Positions 55,601-62,044 of a stretch of DNA of 64,000 nucleotides are shown piece by piece. The stretch comes from an uncultured Candidatus Saccharibacteria bacterium (GTDB taxonomy: Bacteria > Patescibacteriota > Doudnabacteria > UBA920), in assembly GCA_964490395.1 (NCBI GenBank), contig CAZBAS010000001.1, positions 19,815 to 83,814 of the forward strand, written 5' to 3'. The notes beneath the pieces are model-generated. The model worked only from the letters and a program-made list of their open reading frames with translations. It was not told where the DNA came from and made no database searches. The translations under genes were made by a program, and so were the position numbers. Each line of letters opens with the position of its first letter. Positions within the stretch are counted from its first letter, which is position 1.

Positions 55601-57319
55601 GGTAATGCCGTGTCAGTGCCGGCTGGTAGTAGCTACGCCTTAACAGCAAAACAAGGAACAGCGTCCTACACTGTGCAACCTCGCCAGCTCGATTATCAAT
55701 TAGTTATTTGTGACAATAATGGCGCCAATTGCGGCAATATGACTACCGGCGCTTGGGGGGATTATACGTTAGATGCAAACGGACAAGTAATAGTATCTCT
55801 TGGTAGTACTCCTCCGGGTGTTTACAAAGCTAAGTTTAGACCCCGCAATCAAACTACTTGGAACTGGAGCAATGAGGTAGTGGTGAGCGTGACAGGTAAT
55901 TCTGTGGCGCCGGCAACAAATCTGTATGGAGTACACAGCGCCCTCGAGTGGAAGACTTTTTTCGCCCAAGATGAGCACATAGACAAGCTCAAAGAACTTG
56001 GTGTGCAGGTTTCTCGTAGTGGGGTCTTTTGGCAGATGGTTGAACCGGTACGGGGTCAAAAAAACTGGACTTTAACCGACAAATGGGTAAACGACTTAAA
56101 CAATGCAGGTATAAAACCACTTATTTCTATTTTAGGTTCAGCTGCGTGGGCGAACGGGACAACGCCTAGCGATACCACTAATTATATGATGGTGGTTCCT
56201 ACCGAAGAGGCCGCGTTTAACCAATGGGTTGAAAACTATCGTCTTTACGTGCACGAAATGGTCGTGCGGTATAAAGATAAGGTGAAGTTGTGGGAACTCT
56301 GGAACGAGCCTAACTGGCACGAATTTTGGTTACCAGCACCGAACCCAGAACATTATGTGCGATGGGCTCAAGTAATGGAACGAGAAATAAAGTCAGTACA
56401 GCCAGACGCTCAGGTGGCATATGCAGGTTTAACCGTCCTAGATGGTTATTCCGGTATGACCGCAGGCGATATAAAAGGTAAAGACTTTTTGCAGGCAATG
56501 TATAACGCGGGTGCCCGACCAGATATTGTGAGCCTTCACCCGTACGCGTTAACCAATGCTGCCCCAGATCAGTATTCGGTTGGTGATGGTATAAGTACGT
56601 TCCGCGATGTAGAAACAATAAAGGCTGTTATGGATGCGAATGGACAGAGCAGTAAGAAGCTTTGGCTTACCGAGTTTGGGTGGGATGCTGATGTGGTTAC
56701 GGAAGCTGTAAAAGCCCAGTATTTAGAACGATCTTTTAGCCTTATTCGAGATTCGTGGCCGTATGTAACCCTTGCGACCTGGTATTTGGACTTCCTTGGT
56801 CCGCCGGTTATTCCGGCAACAACCACCAGCGGGTACGGTCTCATGAAAGTGGACGGAACAATAACCCCAGCGGGCGTCGCCTTCAAAAATTTTATGCAAC
56901 CGGATTCGGCTGTCGCGTCTACCCCTCAAAAATTACCAGTGCTTCAGGTGCATACTTCAAATGCATATGCAGGTGCTCCCGGAGCAAATGCAGTTGATGG
57001 GAATTTGAATACTATGTGGAATGCAGGAGGCTCCCCAGATCAATGGATAGAGCTGGATTTAGGGGCCGTAAAGAGCGTAAGCAAAATTCGCCTGTTGGTT
57101 GAACAAACACCAGCCGGACCAACTACCCACAAGGTCTATATGGGCAATGGTACGTGGCCGAATCAGCAACTGAAATATACATTTTCTGGCACGACCAGTA
57201 GTGGTCAGTGGCTAGAATATAATTTGCCAGCTACAGCGGATGTTCGCTATATCAGCATAGATACCACAGACAGTTCTTCGTGGGTGGCATGGCGCGAAGT
57301 AGAGGTCTATGGTAACTAA
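52679..57319 (+). CDS. Very large (1546 aa) secreted multidomain glycoside hydrolase. It has three repeated ~100-aa Cys-containing modules, Ig-like domains, a clan GH-A TIM-barrel catalytic domain and a C-terminal F5/8 type C (discoidin) domain.
   Basis: N-terminal TM/signal. Repeated modules ...CGATTVMAPLADG...YKFRIRPAGQSATPWSN / ...CSAMTTGPWGNYTL...YKAKFRPRNQTSWQWSNE / ...CGNMTTGAWGDYTL...YKAKFRPRNQTTWNWSNE. Catalytic WELWNEPN (acid/base) and LWLTEFGWD (nucleophile). Discoidin AVDGNLNTMWNAGGSPDQWIELDLG. Confidence 0.7.
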   Translation: MPSSVQSFAQASPDQSRAHGFVRFLTQTKVNQLSAFAIIIASAFSVISVLLHSTPVTPDETYALVAHEGAPMALAYDATTPAHPQVLGRTTLAPVIKLPGTIQGYRTAPAGQTLPDAVITAGAYASNSADSSYTSSVPAGQQVVTTSEPTGYDVFYSVCTNCTEHPDSSYVQGNAAIVTVTSSGYVDVWWKYVARAQQNTGLTVSIDKAEVAAGGVYVVSAKDAQGQIFSGATDFEVTVCDYANNTQCGATTVMAPLADGIFSNGRNIRQTTSATPSGLYKFRIRPAGQSATPWSNLLTVKVSPVQANALSILLSSSTVSTPATTVTVPYGGTYTLYAKQGGQNYNGQLEYQLQVCQLSNQSQCSAMTTGPWGNYTLSSGQVTVGLDTTAPGVYKAKFRPRNQTSWQWSNEIVVTVNAASSAGAHTYQEGNVLFLDTGALKVGADIHWGGAITHVLANGLDMVNRHDTGREAQFALYDGEAQYDGCAGCSGTFGWDPVQGGDTHGNGSAVLSKELGADYIYTKTAPIHWNPSGVGGGAGQPVVSDVVIEQWVRGVPGLPSVAQVQYKITHTGTDTHTNSFQELPAFYVNKDFSKTITYAGDEPWTNGATSTRTYPPSTNDRPFFKATERWAAQVNSDGVGVGLFAPGEFNMMAGLYFPGVGSGGPNGDATYYLRPECGFSFSPGSVAAGSYYIATGSSTAIRQAIYALHNQLPASDTCGVYGYSNMDTPTPNQTLSGSVVVGGWLFDNVGVQTIDVLVDGIVVGQAWYGAPRPDVIAFYPGAPTNAGYGYTWDTTTLANGNHTLQLRVTDTSGIVSMMPTRKVVTANSGVPTSVVRDGYVDTATSASIAGWTYDSSNGNTGQPVTIVVVSTSNSQTTFSKTVQPSVVRGDAAGYLHQTYGPTLTVTNTNEHPLGFVIDPATFISTPGTYKIQSVATSRGYAVAIDQAAQGQFVVGATSANQLSVTVGAVAASTQGNAVSVPAGSSYALTAKQGTASYTVQPRQLDYQLVICDNNGANCGNMTTGAWGDYTLDANGQVIVSLGSTPPGVYKAKFRPRNQTTWNWSNEVVVSVTGNSVAPATNLYGVHSALEWKTFFAQDEHIDKLKELGVQVSRSGVFWQMVEPVRGQKNWTLTDKWVNDLNNAGIKPLISILGSAAWANGTTPSDTTNYMMVVPTEEAAFNQWVENYRLYVHEMVVRYKDKVKLWELWNEPNWHEFWLPAPNPEHYVRWAQVMEREIKSVQPDAQVAYAGLTVLDGYSGMTAGDIKGKDFLQAMYNAGARPDIVSLHPYALTNAAPDQYSVGDGISTFRDVETIKAVMDANGQSSKKLWLTEFGWDADVVTEAVKAQYLERSFSLIRDSWPYVTLATWYLDFLGPPVIPATTTSGYGLMKVDGTITPAGVAFKNFMQPDSAVASTPQKLPVLQVHTSNAYAGAPGANAVDGNLNTMWNAGGSPDQWIELDLGAVKSVSKIRLLVEQTPAGPTTHKVYMGNGTWPNQQLKYTFSGTTSSGQWLEYNLPATADVRYISIDTTDSSSWVAWREVEVYGN

Positions 57320-57415
57320 TCTACACATACGAGTTATAAAGCAGACACCACGTAGTGTCTGCTTTATAATGTATAGCACTAGTCAAAATAGACGGCACAG
57401 TGGTACCATGTCTAT

Positions 57416-58363
57416 ATGGAAGATGTAATACAAGTATCCAATCTAAAGAAAGAATACGAATTGTCTCGCGCAAATGAGTCTGGAGAAAAAGTATTTCCAG
57501 CGCTACGCGGTGTATCGTTTGAGGTGCACACAGGAGAAGTTTTTGGCATTCTTGGACCAAATGGTGCTGGTAAAACAACCACCCTTGAGATTATAGAAGG
57601 TATTCGCAGGCAAACCTCCGGCAGTGTTGTTGTGCTTGGGTTAGATAACATAGACAGTAGCCATGCTATCAAACGGCGTATAGGCGTGCAATTGCAAAGC
57701 AGTGAGTATTTGCCAGCGCTTACTCTCGTGGAGCTACTGGCCCTATTCGCTTCAATTTACGGAACCAAAAAAGACCCCATGCAGCTGTTGGGGTTTGTGG
57801 GTCTGCAAGAGAAGGCTACAGAGAAAGTAAAAAACTTATCTGGTGGCCAGAAACAGCGGTTTACTATAGCAACAAGTTTGGTGAACGATCCGGAAATTAT
57901 TTTTCTTGACGAACCTACTACGGGTCTAGACCCCCGTGCGCGTCACGATATGTGGGATCTTATTAAGCAAATAAACGCCCGTGGCACCACTGTTGTGTTG
58001 ACCACACACTATATGGAGGAGGCGGAGTTTTTGTGCAATCGTGTAGCTATTATGGACCATGGCCAGCTTTTAAAAATAGACGAGCCAAAACGGCTGATCA
58101 ATGACCTTGCACATACTACTCAAATTGCTTTTCTAACCAGCGCGGAGTTGCCAGCAGGTATATGGGCGTCTATTCAAGATAGTATTGAAAAAGTAATCAA
58201 TCAAAACCCTAAGGTTATATTGGAGGTAACATCACTCGATGTGGTTGGTCGGGTGGTAGATTTGCTAAAGCAGTGGAATATTGGTTTCAGCGGTTTTACC
58301 GTACGCACCGCAAGCCTTGAGGACGTGTATTTGGACTTAACCGGAAAAGTGTATGGAGAATAA
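57416..58363 (+). CDS. ABC transporter ATP-binding protein (ABC-2 type exporter ATPase).
   Basis: Walker A GPNGAGKTT, signature LSGGQKQR, Walker B IIFLDEPTTGLD. Confidence 0.9.
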   Translation: MEDVIQVSNLKKEYELSRANESGEKVFPALRGVSFEVHTGEVFGILGPNGAGKTTTLEIIEGIRRQTSGSVVVLGLDNIDSSHAIKRRIGVQLQSSEYLPALTLVELLALFASIYGTKKDPMQLLGFVGLQEKATEKVKNLSGGQKQRFTIATSLVNDPEIIFLDEPTTGLDPRARHDMWDLIKQINARGTTVVLTTHYMEEAEFLCNRVAIMDHGQLLKIDEPKRLINDLAHTTQIAFLTSAELPAGIWASIQDSIEKVINQNPKVILEVTSLDVVGRVVDLLKQWNIGFSGFTVRTASLEDVYLDLTGKVYGE

Positions 58364-59000
58364 TGCCCAAGGTTTGCGGAAGATTGTAATGGCTTTTGCA
58401 ATCGCTGCGTTCATTTTCTGGCTTTCCTATTATTTTATTTCATCGCAAGTGGTGAGCGTTATATTTCATAAAAATATACTATGCACATCCGTAGGGTTGA
58501 ATAGTAGTAAAGTTCAGAAATGTTATGACGTGCCGAATAAAATGGGCTTTGGTACCCCTTCAGAACTATACGAACCATTAGAAAACAAAGAAATTCCTGA
58601 AGATGTTGTGGCTAGTAATTTCTTTTTCTTTAGCCATATGGGCTTGGGTGCGGCTGTGTTGTTATCCAGTTTAGTGCTCCGCCGCTTGAACTCAAGTGGT
58701 GGGCGGAATGCTGCGGCGCAAGAACCTGGCGGCTATGAAGCAACTATTTCTCTAAGAACTACAGAAGAAGAGGGGAGGCATGCACCATTTTTTAGTGGGT
58801 ATGCAGCGGAGATATATACTGAAGGAGAATTGGTACCTGTTATATTCACGCTTACCAATAGAGAAATGGTTTCGCCGGGGGAGATTGCTGAGGTGGTTAT
58901 GAGGATAAACGCCCAATCGAACCTTGGTATGGGTCAAGAATTTGAAATTCAAGACCACGGGCACATAATCGGTAGTGGTACTATTACTAAAATTTTATAA
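58353..59000 (+). CDS. Membrane-anchored protein whose C-terminal ~90 aa resemble EF-Tu domain 3, inserted between the ABC ATPase and permease genes.
   Basis: N-terminal TM (IVMAFAIAAFIFWLSYYF). The C-terminus YEATISLRTTEEEGRHAPFFSGYAAEIYTEGELVPVIFTLTNREMVSPGEIAEVVMRINAQSNLGMGQEFEIQDHGHIIGSGTITKIL aligns with EF-Tu [89 protein letters not shown]. Overlaps the upstream gene by 11 nt and shares its ATG/stop with the permease gene. Confidence 0.6.
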   Translation: MENNAQGLRKIVMAFAIAAFIFWLSYYFISSQVVSVIFHKNILCTSVGLNSSKVQKCYDVPNKMGFGTPSELYEPLENKEIPEDVVASNFFFFSHMGLGAAVLLSSLVLRRLNSSGGRNAAAQEPGGYEATISLRTTEEEGRHAPFFSGYAAEIYTEGELVPVIFTLTNREMVSPGEIAEVVMRINAQSNLGMGQEFEIQDHGHIIGSGTITKIL

Positions 59001-59746
59001 TGTATATGTCATTTTTAGAGCTCCTCAAAGCTAATTTAAAAATCGTTTTCCGCGATACAGGCGGCTTGTTTTGGACGGTGGCGTTGCCAGTGGTTATTTA
59101 TGTTGCGTTATCGCTCTTGCCCATTGGCAACTTCTTTAAGCTCGACTTCAACTACTCTGCATTTGTCCTGCCGGGTATTATTAGCTATGTAATAATGCAA
59201 GGTGGTATATACGGGCTTGGATATTGGATGGTAGACATGCGCGCGCAAGGGGTTATAAAGCGGTTTGTGGTAACACCACTTAGGCAGTGGGAGCTCGCAC
59301 TCGCAGTTGTGTGCTCGCGGCTTGTGGTTATGCTTATACAAGTGGTATTGCTCACCGCAATCGGCGTTCTTGCGTTCCATACGGCGTTTTACTGGAACAT
59401 ATTTTCCATCTTGCTATTTACTATTCTGGGAGGGAGTATATTCCTTATGCTTGGTCTCCTTATTTCTACGGTGGCAAGTAGTTACCAGGCAGCGGCCCCT
59501 ATTACTGCGGGCATAGGTTTGCCCCTCACCGTGCTTGGTAATATGTTTTTCTCAGTGTCAGTACTGCCCGTGGCGCTACAGTGGGTAGCAAAGGTTTTGC
59601 CTATCACGTATTTAGCTCAGGGCTTGCGCGCGGTATATCTTGAGCCGTTTAGCATAGAGCCGCTCGCAATTCCCGTACTCATTTTGTTCGGGTGGTTTGC
59701 TCTCATGCTCGCGCTTACTGTGTGGCGCTTTAAATTGAAAGAATAA
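59000..59746 (+). CDS. ABC-2 type transporter permease.
   Basis: Six TM helices in the ABC-2 permease topology. Translationally coupled to the upstream gene. Confidence 0.8.
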   Translation: MYMSFLELLKANLKIVFRDTGGLFWTVALPVVIYVALSLLPIGNFFKLDFNYSAFVLPGIISYVIMQGGIYGLGYWMVDMRAQGVIKRFVVTPLRQWELALAVVCSRLVVMLIQVVLLTAIGVLAFHTAFYWNIFSILLFTILGGSIFLMLGLLISTVASSYQAAAPITAGIGLPLTVLGNMFFSVSVLPVALQWVAKVLPITYLAQGLRAVYLEPFSIEPLAIPVLILFGWFALMLALTVWRFKLKE

Positions 59747-59778
59747 AAAATAGACTCCATACCGGAGTCTATTTTTTT
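59745..59778. terminator. Bidirectional rho-independent terminator.
   Basis: aaaaaa-tagactcc-atac-cggagtcta-ttttttt. Confidence 0.7.
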
Positions 59779-60131
59779 AAAATCTTAAGCGGGACATTCC
59801 AGGCTAGCGAAAGGGCTTGTGCTATGGAAGTGCCAATGCGTATGCCGGTGTAGGAGCCTTGGCCAGCGGAAACGGAAATAGCTGTCAGTTGTCTGTTGTC
59901 AGTTGTCAGTTTTTTCTTAGGCTTAGCCTGCTGCTTTGGTGGCAGGGGATGAATGCCTTCTTTACTGAGAAATGCGTCTAGATGTTTGAGAATGTCGCCG
60001 TTTTCGTGGTATTCAAGGGCTATGGTGTCTTCGGCAATAGTTTTTTTACCGTCTAGTAGTTTAAATTCGATTTGCTCAAGTTTTGTGGTATTGAGATGTA
60101 GGATCATAAGTGAGGAAATGTCTAATATCAA
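59769..60131 (-). CDS. tsaB: Truncated TsaB-like protein (N-terminal half only), carrying a low-complexity insertion with a 4x heptamer repeat.
   Basis: MILHLNTTKLEQIEFKLLDGKK... and LTAISVSAGQGSYTGIRIGTSIAQALSLAWNVPL match the TsaB N-domain, including the GPGSFTGxRIG motif. The protein ends right after this motif at ~120 aa. The insertion KQQAKPKKKLTTDNRQ is encoded by (ctgacaa)x4. Confidence 0.55.
   Translation of the reverse strand: MILDISSLMILHLNTTKLEQIEFKLLDGKKTIAEDTIALEYHENGDILKHLDAFLSKEGIHPLPPKQQAKPKKKLTTDNRQLTAISVSAGQGSYTGIRIGTSIAQALSLAWNVPLKILKK
59884..59911. repeat. Tandem heptamer repeat (gtcagtt gtctgtt gtcagtt gtcagtt) inside the tsaB-like coding sequence.
   Basis: Read directly. 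4 x 7 nt. Confidence 0.8.
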
Positions 60132-60206
60132 ATTTCTAATGTCTAATATAATACTAACTCTACGAATTCAGGTCCTTCATTAGAAGTTAGGTATTAGGAA
60201 TTAGGC
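60108..60206. repeat. ~90-nt AT-rich palindromic intergenic element (copy 1) flanking murE. It shares ctaatatc-aatttctaat...cattagaa-ttag-tattaggaattaggcatt with the copy at 61567..61647.
   Basis: Direct comparison of the two murE flanks. The terminal 19 nt tattaggaattaggcatt are identical in both copies. Confidence 0.7.
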
Positions 60207-61541
60207 ATTTTGTAACCGCTTTAGCTCTTCGCGGGTTACGGTACGGTCATCCCAGTCTTCGTACGTATTGTTCGCGCGGGCAATTTTTTGTTCTGCGCCT
60301 TTGCCGGTAATGAGCACAAGGTCGCCGGGCTCTGCGAGTGAAAGAGCTTTTGTTATTGCTCCGCGGCGGTCTGGGTTTCGAAAGAGCGTTTGACCAATAA
60401 CTTTACCTTCCGCAACTGCTTTGTCTGCAATATCATGGATTATACTTTGCGGGTCCTCATCAAACGGGTCTTCATCGGTAATTACTGCTATATCTGCAAA
60501 TTTACCCGCAAGAGTTCCTAAGTCAGTTCGTCTGGATTTGTCACGTACTCCGCCAGTTGCGCCGAACACTTGAATAATGCGGTTATGGGGCCATGATTTT
60601 ACTGTTTCGTATAACGCAGTCATGGATGCTTTCTCGTGCGCGTAATCTATGAGTACGGTAAATGGTTCGCTTTGCAAAATCTCCATGCGTCCAGGTATTG
60701 GCTGGAGTTTGTTCGCCGCTGCAGATATAGAGTTCATATCAAACCCTAACGACTCAGCTACGCCAACCGCTGCGAGTACATTGTATATATTGAATTTACC
60801 CGGCAATAGAATTGAAAATTGAAAATTGAAAGTTGAAAATTTCGACCCTGCATTATCACTTTGTACATTCGTCGCCACTACATTTGCCGTAGCATTATCA
60901 ATCCCATACGTAACATGCTTGTCCGCCTTAAAGTTCAAATAATACAATCCGTGCTCGCTGTCTATATTCGAAACTATCGTTTTCGAAAGGTTTTGATTTA
61001 CTTTCAACTTTTCACTTGTCACTTTCAACTTGTTTAGCCCCCTAAACAGTATTCCTTTTGCCTCTTTATACGCCTGGAAACTTCCATGTGCTTCTATGTG
61101 GTCTGGGGTGAGGTTGGTAAAGACCGCTATATCAAAGTTAATGCCAAAGTGGCGGTGCTGTGCCAAGCCTTCGCTCGACACCTCAACTACTGCATACTTT
61201 TTTCCGGCTTTTACCATGCGGGCAAGTAGACTGTGGGTAACAGGACCGGACATTTGGGTCATGCGGAATTCGTTCATGCGCTGCCCGCTACCGTCATCTA
61301 TTACTGCTGTGGTAACTAAGCCACATGATGCCCCAAGGTTGTTGAGTACCTGGTAAATAATGTGTGCAGTAGATGTCTTACCTTTGGTGCCAGTTACTCC
61401 AATAACAATAAGCTTGTCGCTTGGCTTTCCATAATAATAGTGCGCAAGCAATGCTAAAGTGCCGTGGTAGTACGGTTGTGCAGCTTTAAAAACTTTTGCT
61501 GGTATGAGTTTTCGAGCTATGTTTTTTACAGTGCGTATCAT
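60201..61541 (-). CDS. murE: Mur ligase, most similar to MurE (UDP-MurNAc-tripeptide synthetase), with a ~70-aa low-complexity insertion.
   Basis: GVTGTKGKTST (Walker A-like), DYAHEKAS, and LLPGKFNIYNVLAAVGVA (MurE LPGxHNVxNxLAA). The insertion is bounded by inverted heptamer-repeat blocks. Confidence 0.7.
   Translation of the reverse strand: MIRTVKNIARKLIPAKVFKAAQPYYHGTLALLAHYYYGKPSDKLIVIGVTGTKGKTSTAHIIYQVLNNLGASCGLVTTAVIDDGSGQRMNEFRMTQMSGPVTHSLLARMVKAGKKYAVVEVSSEGLAQHRHFGINFDIAVFTNLTPDHIEAHGSFQAYKEAKGILFRGLNKLKVTSEKLKVNQNLSKTIVSNIDSEHGLYYLNFKADKHVTYGIDNATANVVATNVQSDNAGSKFSTFNFQFSILLPGKFNIYNVLAAVGVAESLGFDMNSISAAANKLQPIPGRMEILQSEPFTVLIDYAHEKASMTALYETVKSWPHNRIIQVFGATGGVRDKSRRTDLGTLAGKFADIAVITDEDPFDEDPQSIIHDIADKAVAEGKVIGQTLFRNPDRRGAITKALSLAEPGDLVLITGKGAEQKIARANNTYEDWDDRTVTREELKRLQNA
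60811..60838. repeat. 4x heptamer tandem repeat (attgaaa)3-gttgaaa inside murE. It pairs as an inverted repeat with the block at 61000..61034.
   Basis: Read directly. Confidence 0.8.
61000..61034. repeat. Heptamer tandem repeat (actttca acttttc acttgtc actttca acttgtt) inside murE, the approximate reverse complement of the 60811..60838 block.
   Basis: Read directly. Confidence 0.75.
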
Positions 61542-61566
61542 GGGGATAGTATACCAATTTGAATGC

Positions 61567-61647
61567 CCAATATCTAATTTCTAATTTCTAATGCGTTAAT
61601 CCGATTTTCTTGCATTAGAAATTAGATATTAGGAATTAGGCATTATA
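61567..61647. repeat. ~90-nt AT-rich palindromic intergenic element (copy 2) upstream of murE, with internal hairpin ctaatttctaatgc...gcattagaaattag.
   Basis: See copy 1. Confidence 0.7.
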
Positions 61648-61668
61648 TTTTACCGTCTGTGCTAAAAT

Positions 61669-62013
61669 ATGTATATGAACAATCAGCCGCTTTCTATATT
61701 TAATTTTCCAATTTGGTGGTATAGCGAAGGTTTGGGTCTTGCTTGGCGACATTGCCAGTCTCGGTTTCGGTATGTCTTGCGCTCAACCGGGCTAGTTATT
61801 TTTTTGCGCAATATTACCCAACCTTTGTATGGTGATACTACAAGGCAGGGGAGAATTATTAGTATTTTTTTGCGGGTCATATTGCTCTTTTTTATTTTCT
61901 TTTGGACAGCTGCTCGCCTTGCGTTTTCGTTTGCGCTCTTTTTAGTACATGTGGTAGCGCTCCCATTCGCTATTGTCATGATTATCTATCAATTGTTTAG
62001 TCTCTTTACCTAG
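61669..62013 (+). CDS. Small polytopic membrane protein of unknown function.
   Basis: 114 aa with three hydrophobic helices. Confidence 0.35.
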   Translation: MYMNNQPLSIFNFPIWWYSEGLGLAWRHCQSRFRYVLRSTGLVIFLRNITQPLYGDTTRQGRIISIFLRVILLFFIFFWTAARLAFSFALFLVHVVALPFAIVMIIYQLFSLFT

Positions 62014-62044
62014 CACATACAATCATGGAAGAACCAGTTGAAGA

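Noticed and set aside
59884-59911. Possible CRISPR array or phase-variation repeat (short tandem repeats at 59884, 60811 and 46850).
   Set aside because: Units are 7 nt with no spacers, 4 copies only, inside coding sequence, with no cas genes. This is not CRISPR. Reported instead as heptamer tandem repeats.
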